Shown piece by piece: positions 35,641 to 45,397 of a stretch of DNA of 63,254 nucleotides; position 1 is the stretch's first letter, and each line of letters begins with the position of its first letter. Under the pieces are notes generated by a model. The model was not told the origin of the DNA, searched no databases, and saw only the letters and a program-made list of their open reading frames with translations. A program made the position numbers and the translations under genes. Origin of the DNA: Cellvibrionaceae bacterium (lineage in GTDB: Bacteria > Chloroflexota > Anaerolineae > Promineifilales > Promineifilaceae); the NCBI GenBank assembly GCA_047638855.1, contig JBLIMP010000001.1:1-63254 (forward strand), written 5' to 3'.

Positions 35641-36659
35641 TAGCTTTCCCCATTCAGCTCTTGCGGAGTGAGTTCATTGAGCAACGGCTTTTCACCTAAA
35701 AACCGTTCCACATTTTCGGTAAAGATCGACCATATCCGTGTGGTAAAACGGGCGTTGGCGGACGAGCCAGAAATATGCGGGGTCATAATCACGTTTGGGT
35801 AGCGCCACAACACATGATCGGCCGGCATCGGGTAATGGTAATGGGTGTCGAGAGCGGCTCCAGCAATTGTTTTATTATCGAGTGCTTCAAGTAGGGCCGT
35901 TTGCTCAATGATCGGTCCACGGGCCGGGTTTAGAATATAGGCATGGTCGGGCAGGGCTTGTAACTCTGCCCGGCCGATGATCCCCTCTGTCTTCGCTGTC
36001 AACGGCATCGCCACAATCAGGAAATCTAGCCCAGCCAAAAACTCACTTTTCTCGGCAGGTAAAAAGGCTTTATCCGGCAACTTGCCTTCAGGGTCACCCG
36101 TTCCAGCAACACAATAGATATTTTCTCGCGGGCCAACGCCGTGTCGGCTCAAAACATGGACCGTCATACCTAACGTTTTACACAAGCGGGCTGTCTCCCG
36201 GCCGATCCCCCCGTATCCCCAAATGCCCACAACTGATCCGTTGATCTCTTGCTGAAAGCGTGCCCCTCCGTCCCAAACGCCAGAATCTTGATTGCGAATC
36301 ATCTGGCGTAGATCACGCACCAAATTGATCATCATGGCGATGTTCCATTCCCCTATCGGCACATCAAAGACCCCGCGCGCGTTGCAGGCTCGAATCTCTT
36401 TCTGGGGCAGGTTTAATCCGACTAGTTGGGTGTACCCGGCAGAGCCGATTTGCCACAATTTGAGGGCTGTCATCTCAGCTAGGTTTTTAGGCGGATGGGT
36501 TGATAGCAGGATGTCAACATGCGGAGCGATGTCGGCCCCGATCGACCAATCTATCTCTTCAGCCTCCGCTTCCATTACAGTCACTCGGCCGGTTGTCAAC
36601 GACGACAAAACCGCTAATTGCTCTTGATCAATGGTGCCATGCACAAGAATGTTTTTCAT
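35640..36659 (-). CDS. D-isomer-specific 2-hydroxyacid dehydrogenase
   Basis: GIWGYGGIGRETA NAD motif, NPARG and TPHISG motifs. I chose the start at MKNILVHG (36659). Confidence 0.8.
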   Translation of the reverse strand: MKNILVHGTIDQEQLAVLSSLTTGRVTVMEAEAEEIDWSIGADIAPHVDILLSTHPPKNLAEMTALKLWQIGSAGYTQLVGLNLPQKEIRACNARGVFDVPIGEWNIAMMINLVRDLRQMIRNQDSGVWDGGARFQQEINGSVVGIWGYGGIGRETARLCKTLGMTVHVLSRHGVGPRENIYCVAGTGDPEGKLPDKAFLPAEKSEFLAGLDFLIVAMPLTAKTEGIIGRAELQALPDHAYILNPARGPIIEQTALLEALDNKTIAGAALDTHYHYPMPADHVLWRYPNVIMTPHISGSSANARFTTRIWSIFTENVERFLGEKPLLNELTPQELNGES

Positions 36660-36716
36660 ATCGTAAAACAGGTATCCTACCTGTTGCTTAGGAACGGAAA
36701 TTAAATAACTGCCCCA

Positions 36717-36785
36717 CCCCAGCATTCATGCTGGGGCTACAGACAACGGCCTCCGGCCTTTGAAGCCGAGGGATTTATCCCTCGG
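36717..36785 (-). terminator. two candidate terminator/stabiliser hairpins downstream of the enolase-family gene
   Basis: CCCCAGCAT-TC-ATGCTGGGG (36717-36736) and CCGAGGGA-TTTA-TCCCTCGG (36766-36785). A third small hairpin lies at 36668-36684. None has a clear U-tract. Confidence 0.3.
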
Positions 36786-36818
36786 TGCAAAGTGCGGCAG
36801 TTGTTTACTTCTCAACCT

Positions 36819-38027
36819 TTAATCTGTCAAAATTTTACCCGGCACACTATTATATTCACCGCTACCTGGTACAAATGGGAAGCGAGCTTTGGTTTCTTCG
36901 GTCAGACGAATCCCTAAGCCAGGAGCTTCAGGCGGCCGTGCTCGGCCGTTGATCATCACAAATGAATCGCCAATGATTTCACTATGCAACGGCCCATAAT
37001 CAGGGGCGATTTCCAAAATCGTTGTATTGGCCGCCGCGAATCCACAGTGCAGATTTTGCATAAAGCCGCCACCGGCCGCCCAAGAGTGGGTCGCTATTTT
37101 TCGGCCGCGACCTTCCAGCAGTGCCGCAACCCGCATAAATTCATGCATGCCACCCGTAAAGGCCGCATCAGGTTGCCCGATGTCGAAAGAATCCTGTTCA
37201 GCAAACACTCGCCATTCATACATCGTTGTCAAACATTCGCCACCTGCAATCGGCACAGTCGTCGAATTTCGCAACTCAGCATATCCCCACGGATCGGTAT
37301 AATGGAGCGGTTCTTCAAAGAAAAAGAGGTCATACGGCTCGACAGCCCGCATCACCGTGAGAGCTGTGTTCAAATCCCACGTGTTGTTTGGATTATTCCC
37401 CATATGCCCATCTAGGCAGATTTTGACATCTTTGCCCACATGCTGGCGGACCATGTCTACTTTTTGAGCTTCAAATTCGGCCGCCTGATGCGGGCTACTC
37501 ACGTCACAAAATTCGGCCGGATACGCACCCGAGGCGATTTTGAACCCGCTGAAACCCAATCCTAAATAGTAATCAACTTTTTCAAGCAATTTTTTGGCCG
37601 GATAATTGCTGGGGCCCCCCGTGGCATAGCAATCGAGTTCATCATGTTTCCGGCCGCCGAGCAGTTCATAAACCGGTACACCCAGCATTTTCCCTTTTAA
37701 GTCCCACAAAGCCGCCTCGATCCCGCTTAACACAATCGGGCCCAGACCAACCCGTCCCCAGAAGTTTCCGCAGTGATACATCTGCTCCCAAAGTTGAGCG
37801 ATGTTATCGACCGTTCGGCCGATCAAAATCGGTTTGTAAAAATCAACCACGCCGGGAACCAGCTCTGGGCAAAAATAACCCCCATACGTCTCCCCTAATC
37901 CGATCAATTCTGTATCGGTGTGGATTTCAATAAAGGCCGCGCTCCGCCGTGAACGGGCCTCGCTCAAATATCGATCATTTGTGCAAGGGCCAGTCAATAA
38001 TATCGTTCTGACATCTGTAATTTTCAT
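36819..38027 (-). CDS. enolase-superfamily enzyme (mandelate racemase/muconate lactonizing family)
   Basis: MKITDV N-terminus with capping domain, a metal-ligand pattern (LDGHM..., FFEEP, GEC) and a KxK-type barrel; 402 aa. Confidence 0.85.
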   Translation of the reverse strand: MKITDVRTILLTGPCTNDRYLSEARSRRSAAFIEIHTDTELIGLGETYGGYFCPELVPGVVDFYKPILIGRTVDNIAQLWEQMYHCGNFWGRVGLGPIVLSGIEAALWDLKGKMLGVPVYELLGGRKHDELDCYATGGPSNYPAKKLLEKVDYYLGLGFSGFKIASGAYPAEFCDVSSPHQAAEFEAQKVDMVRQHVGKDVKICLDGHMGNNPNNTWDLNTALTVMRAVEPYDLFFFEEPLHYTDPWGYAELRNSTTVPIAGGECLTTMYEWRVFAEQDSFDIGQPDAAFTGGMHEFMRVAALLEGRGRKIATHSWAAGGGFMQNLHCGFAAANTTILEIAPDYGPLHSEIIGDSFVMINGRARPPEAPGLGIRLTEETKARFPFVPGSGEYNSVPGKILTD

Positions 38028-38188
38028 TTAGTTAGCCGTCAACTACCAGCCAACAGCTTTTAGCTATTGGTTTTGCTGAGCCTACGTTTACTACCAGACC
38101 AGTTGTATTTTGAGGGTTTAGCCTGTGATTTTTTCAGAATGGGTCAATAAATGAGCAGCTGATAGCTGAAAGCTAACGGCTAACAGCT
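38028..38188. repeat. TAGC/AGCT-word spacer (GTTAGCCGTCAACT ... AGCTAACGGCTAAC at its two ends)
   Basis: 161-nt spacer between the ABC ATPase stop and the enolase-family gene start. It has terminal inverted words and repeated AACAGCTTT. Confidence 0.75.
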
Positions 38189-40213
38189 TTACAAGAACTG
38201 ATCTGCGTGATGGCATGCCACCATATGCGGCTCACTGTCTGAACCTAAATTACGAAATTCTGGATCAACCTTTTTGCAAATATCAGTGACAAAACTACAG
38301 CGTGTATGAAAACGACACGCCTGTGGTGGGTTGGCCGGATTCGGCACGTCGCCCTGCAAAATGAGGCGTTCTCGTTGAGCCTCTTTATCTGGGTCAGGCA
38401 CCGGAATAGCTGAAAGCAGTGCTTGGGTATACGGGTGCAGCGGCCGATCAAAAAGCTGTTCTCTGCCGCTTAACTCAACAATCCGGCCGAGATACATCAC
38501 CGCCACTCGGTCGCTGATATAGCGCACCATTGATAAATCATGCGCAATAAACAGATAGGTCAAGCCCAACTGACTTTTTAACTCCATCAGCAAATTGATC
38601 ACTTGAGCCTGAATCGAAACATCCAATGCGGAGATCGGTTCATCTGCCACAATAAAAGATGGGTTTGTCGCCAAAGCCCGGGCAATCCCGATCCTTTGCC
38701 GCTGACCACCCGAAAACTCATGAGGGTAGCGATTTACAAAATTTGGATTAAGACCCACAAGTTCTAAAAGCTCATGAACGCGTGCATCTTGACTGGCTTT
38801 GTCCCCAATCTCATGAATCTCAAGGGCTTCGCGAACAATGCTCCCCACCGTGATACGTGGATTCAACGAGGCGTAGGGGTCCTGGAAAATCATCTGCATA
38901 TTGCGCCGAGCTAGACGAAGATCTTCTTTGCCCAATTGGGTTAAATCTTGCCCATCAAGAATGACACGGCCGGCGGTGGGTTCCAAAAGTTGCAGAATAG
39001 TCTGCCCTGTTGTCGACTTGCCACAGCCACTTTCACCGACCAGTCCCAACGTCTCCCCACGCATAATTTCAAATGAAACCCCATCAACCGCTTGAACCGC
39101 CCCAGTTTGGCGTCGCAGAAATCCCTGTTGCACAGGAAAATGCTTTTTCAAGTTTTCGACCTTTAGCAAAACTTCATCAAAGTCTGACTCTCTGACTTCA
39201 GCTAGTTCAACAGTCTCTTTTGCAGGCAGATTAATCCCATCACGAATATCTTCCCAACGCCAACAGGCTGAAAAATGGTCATCACTCACCTGCTGTAACG
39301 GCGGGTTCTCTTCCCAACATCGGTCAACCGCAAACCGACAGCGAGGGGCAAATGGGCAATGGGTTGCTTCTTGCAAAAGATCAGGCGGTAGTCCAGGAAT
39401 CGGAATGAGCTTATCAGCACTTCCTTCTATTGTGGGGATCGATTCTAAAAGGCCAAGCGTGTATGGATGGCTTGTTAATTTATACAGGTCATGGACGGGT
39501 GCCATTTCGACGATGAAGCCCCCATACATGACGGCCACTTTTTCGACCAGCCTCGCCACAACCCCCAGATCATGGGTAATCCAAATGATCGCCATTCCTA
39601 ATTCTTTTTGCAGTTTGGCCACTAGCTCCATAATTTGAGCTTGGATCGTCACATCAAGAGCAGTAGTTGGCTCGTCGGCAATCAGCAAAGATGGGTCACA
39701 CAACAAGGCCATGGCGATCCCGATACGCTGACGTTGACCGCCGGAAAATTGATGCGGATAATCACTAATCCGGTCGGCCGCATTTGGGATGCCAACCAAT
39801 GACATCAAATCAACCGAACGTTTGTTGGCATCAGTCCGACTCATTCTGAGGTGGCGTTCGAGTGATTCGGTCAGTTGTCGGCCGATAGTCAGCACTGGAT
39901 TAAGCGAAGTCATCGGGTCTTGAAAGACCATCGCTATCTCTCGGCCGCGAATGTTCCGGACCTTGTTCGCTGGCAATTTGAGTAAATCTTGCCCGTTAAA
40001 AATCACTTCACCCGCTTCGATTTCACCAGGGGGGTTGGGGATCAACCCCATAATCGAAAGCACCCCAACAGATTTTCCGCTCCCACTCTCACCCACAATC
40101 GCCAACGACTCCCCTTTGTTCAGCTTATATGAGATTCCATTGACAGCATGAACCGTCCCTTCTTCGGTGTGGAACCGTGTTTTTAGATTTTTGACTTCAA
40201 GTAAATGTGTCAT
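38189..40213 (-). CDS. fused tandem ABC ATPase of a peptide/nickel (Dpp/Opp) type importer
   Basis: Two complete ATPase modules (GESGSGKS ... SGGQRQR ... and GESGCGKST ... SGGQRQR ...), each with an Opp-type C-terminal Cys-rich extension. Confidence 0.9.
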   Translation of the reverse strand: MTHLLEVKNLKTRFHTEEGTVHAVNGISYKLNKGESLAIVGESGSGKSVGVLSIMGLIPNPPGEIEAGEVIFNGQDLLKLPANKVRNIRGREIAMVFQDPMTSLNPVLTIGRQLTESLERHLRMSRTDANKRSVDLMSLVGIPNAADRISDYPHQFSGGQRQRIGIAMALLCDPSLLIADEPTTALDVTIQAQIMELVAKLQKELGMAIIWITHDLGVVARLVEKVAVMYGGFIVEMAPVHDLYKLTSHPYTLGLLESIPTIEGSADKLIPIPGLPPDLLQEATHCPFAPRCRFAVDRCWEENPPLQQVSDDHFSACWRWEDIRDGINLPAKETVELAEVRESDFDEVLLKVENLKKHFPVQQGFLRRQTGAVQAVDGVSFEIMRGETLGLVGESGCGKSTTGQTILQLLEPTAGRVILDGQDLTQLGKEDLRLARRNMQMIFQDPYASLNPRITVGSIVREALEIHEIGDKASQDARVHELLELVGLNPNFVNRYPHEFSGGQRQRIGIARALATNPSFIVADEPISALDVSIQAQVINLLMELKSQLGLTYLFIAHDLSMVRYISDRVAVMYLGRIVELSGREQLFDRPLHPYTQALLSAIPVPDPDKEAQRERLILQGDVPNPANPPQACRFHTRCSFVTDICKKVDPEFRNLGSDSEPHMVACHHADQFL

Positions 40214-40275
40214 GTGTTCAGCTTCTAGCTTTTGGCCGTTAGCTATCAGTGTTTGGCTAATAGCTAATAGCTGTT
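40214..40275. repeat. TAGC/AGCT-word spacer
   Basis: CAGCTTCTAGCTTTTGGCCGTTAGCTATCAGTGTTTGGCTAATAGCTAATAGCTG. It shares GCCGTTAGCTATCAG and AGCTTTTGGC with the 38-kb, 59-kb and 10.8-kb spacers. Confidence 0.75.
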
Positions 40276-41184
40276 TTAAAGTTTAGTTAGTACCGTTTGA
40301 ATCTCAGATTGTCGAGATAAGTTTTCGGCCGTAAATGCTTGATCAACCTGGTCGGTGTTCCTTGCGCCAATCAGTACCGAGGTGATCCCCGGCCGATTCA
40401 GGACCCATGCCAGAGCCAACTGAGCCATCGAGATACCTGATGCAGTCGCTTGGCTACGTAATGTTTCGACGATAGCAAAGTTCTCATCACTAAAATAAAC
40501 ATCTTGATGAGCTGGCATAATGTCAAAACGAGTTCCGGCCGGAATGCCCCCCCCTTTGCTATATTTTCCTGTCAAGAATCCAGCCCCTAGTGGGCTAAAA
40601 GAAAGGACGCCGATTTCCTCTTTCAAACACAAAGGAATCGTTTCCGCTTCAATCTCTCGTTGCACAAGGTTGTAGCTAGGTTGGATTGAAACCATCATGT
40701 TAAAGCTCATCGCTTTTTGCATCGTTAGCATTTCGGCCAGTTGTGTTGCACTGTAATTGCTACAACCCACATACCGGACTTTGCCTTGATTCACAAGCGT
40801 TTCAAGGGCTAAAGCAATCTCGTCAAGTGGCACATTTGCATCCCAATGATGCAATTGAAAAAGATCAATGTGATCAGTTTTCAAGCGCTTTAAACTGGCT
40901 TCGGCTGAGCCGATAATACGCTCCTTTGTCAAAGCCCCAGCCACTTTGGTAGCCAGCACAACCTGGTCCCTGCGGCCGCTTTTTTGTAACCAACGCCCAA
41001 CCACTTCTTCAGATGCCCCAGCAGCATATGCCTCGGCCGTATCGAGCAAATTAATGCCACAGCCAAGAGCATGATCCAGCACTTTAAAAGATGTGGGTTC
41101 GTCAATTTCCCGGCCGAATGTCACGCAGCCCAGCCCGATTGAGCTGACACGTAAATCGCTTGACCCCAGTTTCTGCATGTCCAT
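40276..41184 (-). CDS. aldo/keto reductase
   Basis: LGLGCVTFG...[12 protein letters not shown] motifs; 302 aa. Confidence 0.85.
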   Translation of the reverse strand: MDMQKLGSSDLRVSSIGLGCVTFGREIDEPTSFKVLDHALGCGINLLDTAEAYAAGASEEVVGRWLQKSGRRDQVVLATKVAGALTKERIIGSAEASLKRLKTDHIDLFQLHHWDANVPLDEIALALETLVNQGKVRYVGCSNYSATQLAEMLTMQKAMSFNMMVSIQPSYNLVQREIEAETIPLCLKEEIGVLSFSPLGAGFLTGKYSKGGGIPAGTRFDIMPAHQDVYFSDENFAIVETLRSQATASGISMAQLALAWVLNRPGITSVLIGARNTDQVDQAFTAENLSRQSEIQTVLTKL

Positions 41185-41229
41185 CAGATCTTATTTCCCG
41201 AATAGATTTTTATTTCAAACTCCACAAAT

Positions 41230-42192
41230 CTACTCATACCGAATCCTCGGATCAACCACACCGTACAAAAGATCAGCCAGCAAATTACTGAGTAAAATCA
41301 TTAATGCACTGATCAGAGTGACCCCCATCAAAATCGGGTAATCACGGGTTGTTGTAGCCCGCCACCCCAGCATGCCCATGCCGGGCCATTGGAAAATCGT
41401 TTCAACGATGATCGCTCCGCCCAATAGTTGTGGCAGGCTCAAAGTGACTACTGTCACAAGAGGAAGCAGTGCGTTGCGAAACGCGTGCCGTACAACCACA
41501 GTCCACTCTAACAGCCCTTTTGCTCGGGCCGTTCGAATATAATCTTGTCCAAGCACTTCTAAAATGCTTGACCGAGCATAGCGTGCCCAAACACCTGCAT
41601 AAAACGACCCCAACACCAGCGTTGGCAATACCAAATGTAATAAGCGATCTTTTAGATCAAATGGTGATCCAATCGTCTGCATACCACTAGTGGGCAACAT
41701 ATCAAGCCTAAGCGCAAAAATATAAATGGTGCCTAATGCCAGGAAAAAACTTGGGATAGATAAATTAAAAAAGGCGAGCACCGTCAGCACATAATCAAGA
41801 AGGGAATATTGTTTCAGCCCCATCACAATGCCCATCGGTATCCCTATGACCAATGAGGTAATGAAGGCACTGCCCATTAACACGAGCGTCGGCCCGATTC
41901 GTTCCCCCAACAACGCTGTCACCGATTTTGATCCTTTAAACGGGTAGCCCAAGTCACCCCGTACCGCATCACCGAGCCAACGTGCATAGCGTACGGGCCA
42001 TGGTTTATCTAGCCCAAATTGCACACGTACTTTCTCAACTTGGTCAGGCGACATCTCAACAAAAGAAGCAAAGCCGATAATGTTGATAACCGGATCGCCC
42101 GGTGACAGTGCAAACAGGGCGAAAATAATAAGCGTGACGCCAAAAAATACTGGGATCGTAACAAGTAACCGATTAACAATATAACGTAGCAT
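41230..42192 (-). CDS. ABC importer permease, DppB/OppB-like
   Basis: MLRYIVNRLL N-terminus and the EAA-loop region YIRTARAKGL. Confidence 0.9.
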   Translation of the reverse strand: MLRYIVNRLLVTIPVFFGVTLIIFALFALSPGDPVINIIGFASFVEMSPDQVEKVRVQFGLDKPWPVRYARWLGDAVRGDLGYPFKGSKSVTALLGERIGPTLVLMGSAFITSLVIGIPMGIVMGLKQYSLLDYVLTVLAFFNLSIPSFFLALGTIYIFALRLDMLPTSGMQTIGSPFDLKDRLLHLVLPTLVLGSFYAGVWARYARSSILEVLGQDYIRTARAKGLLEWTVVVRHAFRNALLPLVTVVTLSLPQLLGGAIIVETIFQWPGMGMLGWRATTTRDYPILMGVTLISALMILLSNLLADLLYGVVDPRIRYE

Positions 42193-42211
42193 TAAAAACC
42201 TTTAGACTTTT

Positions 42212-42310
42212 AAAAAGTGACAAGTGACAAGTGCGCTAGTGACCAGCAACCAGTTTCGAGTAACCTTCGGCTACTTGTCACTGATCACTGATCACTTTTT
42301 ACTTGTCACT
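42212..42310. repeat. GTGAC-word spacer forming a long imperfect palindrome
   Basis: AAAAAGTGACAAGTGACAAGT ... ACTTGTCACTGATCACTGATCACTTTTT ACTTGTCACT, between the SBP stop and the DppB-like start. Confidence 0.8.
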
Positions 42311-42324
42311 TCTAACTATCGAAA

Positions 42325-44193
42325 CTAACTACCGTCCCAAACCCACAAGTCACCTGGACGATACATATTCAACCATTTGCCTAATCCGGCATGTGTATCC
42401 CAATCAGTCCCTTGCAAAGCATTACTGCGAGCAGAAATAAACGAAGGAGAAGCGGTCATAAAGGCGGGAAGCTCTTCATTCCAGATACAGTCAATCGCTT
42501 GGTAGATTTCAACCCGTTTTGCTGGGTCGGTTTCCACAAGCGCTTGTTCGATCAAGCCAGGAAGTTCTGGGCTTGTGTACCGAATAGCACCTTCTTTCAC
42601 ACCGTCAGCATTGGGTGATACCGGCCATGAGCGATAGCCCCAATTTGCATTGGAGTCTTCAGTCATGAATGGCAAGATGCCACCTGGATCAACGCCAGGG
42701 CCAAAGAGTAGAACATGGAAGTCCCAATCTTGTCCACGAGGTCCATTACCGTTCACATAATCAGTGATCAAAGAGTTGTCGATAAAATCGACATTAACTT
42801 TAAATCCTTGAGCACGGAGGAATTCTTGAGCGATTGGTAAATAATCTCGACGAGCATTTAGCCCTAACCAAGACATCATATCAATCGTGACATCTTCAGG
42901 AACTACCCCGATTTCAGCCCATAATTCGGCCGCTTTTTCAGGATCGTAGTTGTACTCTGTCATGGTTGGACAGGCATAAACCGTGCCATCAAAGTAGCTG
43001 TGACGCACGATACCTTGGCCTGACAAGATACTGTCAACATACCCTTGGCGGTCGATTGAATAGAGGAACGCCTGTTTCGCTTTTGGATTCCGCCACAGTC
43101 CATCATTGGTAAACTGGTTCATTTCCATGCCGTACCATTGCGCACTATTTTCAGCGACTAAGACTTCAAGCCCTTCAACCTCTTGCAAACGCGCGACTTC
43201 AGTTGCCTGAATCGGGTTCACAAAGTGGAGTTCACCTCGTTGCAATTTAACAGTCGCAACTTCGGCCGTTGAAATCTCCATGAACATACGGTCTGGAGCT
43301 GGCGCACCATCCCAATAGTCATCAAAGCGTTCGTACTCGATGAATTGGTCCGTTTGGTATTGAACAAACTTGTAAGGGCCTGTTCCAATCGGATTGGTAA
43401 ACCAATAATCAGCTGTGCCGTTTAAAACAGCATCTTGATCTAATTCACTTACCACATGATGTGGCAAAATTTCGACCATTTCACCCGCAAAGAACAAGCG
43501 GGCCAAACCAGCGTCTGGGCTAGCTAGGTTGATCTCAAGCGTAAGATCATCAATGATGACGATTCCTTCAATTGAATCAGCATCACCATTGTGATAGTCG
43601 GCCATTCCGGCAATCGTGGTCCCTGCGCGTAAACCATTTAGTGGGCGCAAATTAGGGCTGAGGCGTAGCTCCCAGGTGTAAAGAACATCTTGGGCTGTAA
43701 ACGGTTCGCCGTCATGCCACAAGACACCTTCACGCAAGTTCAAGGTATAAGTCAGACCATCATCTGAAACCTCATATCCCATAGCCAAACGTGGTTCTAA
43801 ATCGCCCGCAACTGGCCAGAAAAGGGTTTCAGCCATTGGGCCAATCGCCCAGCCGCTTTCCCAGTTGCTACGATGTGGCCAACTTTGTTCTGGCCATCCG
43901 TTTGGTTGCCAAATGCGCACATCGCCACCAATTTGAGGTTCGCTAGGTGGGTCAGCCATAACCGGTGCTTCTTCAGCTGCGGCCGTTACTTCTACCTCAA
44001 CAATTTCCGTTTCGACGACAACACGGGTAACCTCAACTTCTTCCCCTTCTTCAACAATTGTTTCCGTCACAACCCGTGTGACCTCAACTTCTACCTCTTT
44101 AATCACCTCAATGACTTGAGGCTCTGGGGTACAAGCCACGACGACAAATAACAACAAAAGTGTTGCTGTTAAAGTTAAATATTTAAACTTCAT
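42325..44193 (-). CDS. ABC importer substrate-binding lipoprotein (family 5, peptide/nickel type) with an acidic Val/Glu repeat linker
   Basis: Signal peptide plus lipobox VVVACT, a linker of about 50 aa with duplicated VEVTRVV(T/V)ET, then an SBP_bac_5-like body (622 aa). Confidence 0.85.
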   Translation of the reverse strand: MKFKYLTLTATLLLLFVVVACTPEPQVIEVIKEVEVEVTRVVTETIVEEGEEVEVTRVVVETEIVEVEVTAAAEEAPVMADPPSEPQIGGDVRIWQPNGWPEQSWPHRSNWESGWAIGPMAETLFWPVAGDLEPRLAMGYEVSDDGLTYTLNLREGVLWHDGEPFTAQDVLYTWELRLSPNLRPLNGLRAGTTIAGMADYHNGDADSIEGIVIIDDLTLEINLASPDAGLARLFFAGEMVEILPHHVVSELDQDAVLNGTADYWFTNPIGTGPYKFVQYQTDQFIEYERFDDYWDGAPAPDRMFMEISTAEVATVKLQRGELHFVNPIQATEVARLQEVEGLEVLVAENSAQWYGMEMNQFTNDGLWRNPKAKQAFLYSIDRQGYVDSILSGQGIVRHSYFDGTVYACPTMTEYNYDPEKAAELWAEIGVVPEDVTIDMMSWLGLNARRDYLPIAQEFLRAQGFKVNVDFIDNSLITDYVNGNGPRGQDWDFHVLLFGPGVDPGGILPFMTEDSNANWGYRSWPVSPNADGVKEGAIRYTSPELPGLIEQALVETDPAKRVEIYQAIDCIWNEELPAFMTASPSFISARSNALQGTDWDTHAGLGKWLNMYRPGDLWVWDGS

Positions 44194-44451
44194 TTCTCAA
44201 TCTCCTTTTTGAATAAATTAGCTGTCTGCTATTAATTTTAATCGGCCGATTGGCCTTTCTAATTTGTTCGACTACTGGTCTATCCATATCTACTCCTTTA
44301 TTGTTAAGCGGCATCGAAACGGCTAACTTCCAAAACACCGTTTCGAGCTCCAGCTATTCCTTCCAAAAATTCAATCACAACCTCACCGGATCGTTCCACA
44401 CGGTGAGCACGAGGCAAGGTGATAAATAACTAAAATAACTAGCTCTTCTTT

Positions 44452-45360
44452 CTACTCTGAGCGTGTTGTATCCAGCGCATCTCTTAAGCCGTCGCCAACA
44501 AAGTTGATCGACAGCACGGCGAGCATGATTGCTAAACCAGGCGGGAGCCAAAGCCACGGCATCTGTTCAAGGATGACCAGCTCTTGGGCGGCCGTCATCA
44601 TGTTCCCCCAACTTGCGGCTGGGGGCAGAATGCCGAGGTTCAAAAACGATAATGCCGCTTCAAGCAAGATGGCGGTTGCCACACCAAAGGTGGCATGCAC
44701 AACCAAAGGGGCCACAACCCCTGGCAAAATATGCCGCCGAATGATCCGGCCGTCCTTCGCCCCTAATGAGCGAGCCGAAAGCACATAATCCATCTCCCGT
44801 AGCGATAAAATTTGTCCACGCACCAAACGGGTCGGTTCTGTCCAGCGCAATATCGCAATGGCGACAATCGTATTTCGTAAACCTGGACCTAAAATCGCCA
44901 CTAAAAAGATAATGATAATTAGCGATGGAAAGGTCATTACGACATCAACCGCGCGCATGATGATCCAGTCAACTTTGCCGCCGTAGTAACCGGCCAACGA
45001 ACCGAGAACAATCGCAATCGATTCATAAAAAGTGACAGCGATCAAGCCCACCGATAAAGAGGGGCGTGCGCCCCAGATTAGCCGACTTAGCACGTCCCGG
45101 CCGAAGCCGTCTGTACCTAACCAATGTGCTTGGCTGGGTGCTTGTCGAAAGTTAACCAAGTCTTGGGCGGCCGGGTCATAGGGGGCGATCAGCGGCGCGA
45201 AAAGCGCTGCCAGCCCCATGATGGTTAAAACTACCAATCCAAATATGGCGAGCTTATGGCGCAAAAAGCGGCGTAACGCGCGGCGTCCTGGGCTTTCAAT
45301 GCTGTGGTCTGCTTGTTCGGCAATGGTGAGTGTTGCTGGCCTTGCAAGGTTTTCGGACAT
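44452..45360 (-). CDS. ABC importer permease, DppC/OppC-like
   Basis: GTDGFGRDVLSRL motif and an EAA-loop region (DYVLSARSLGA). Confidence 0.9.
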   Translation of the reverse strand: MSENLARPATLTIAEQADHSIESPGRRALRRFLRHKLAIFGLVVLTIMGLAALFAPLIAPYDPAAQDLVNFRQAPSQAHWLGTDGFGRDVLSRLIWGARPSLSVGLIAVTFYESIAIVLGSLAGYYGGKVDWIIMRAVDVVMTFPSLIIIIFLVAILGPGLRNTIVAIAILRWTEPTRLVRGQILSLREMDYVLSARSLGAKDGRIIRRHILPGVVAPLVVHATFGVATAILLEAALSFLNLGILPPAASWGNMMTAAQELVILEQMPWLWLPPGLAIMLAVLSINFVGDGLRDALDTTRSE

Positions 45361-45397
45361 TAAGTTTCTTTCCTTCTGTTTTACTTTTAAATCGAAT

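Noticed and set aside
41117-42926. CGGCCG-free stretches as markers of foreign DNA: 41117..42926; also 28129..29414, 34131..35273, 50388..51538, 31682..32594 and 26346..27303.
   Set aside because: With a mean spacing of about 280 bp, gaps of about 1.1 kb are expected a few times by chance among about 225 intervals. Only the 1.8-kb gap over the DppB-like permease is marginally unusual, and I see no other sign of foreign origin there.
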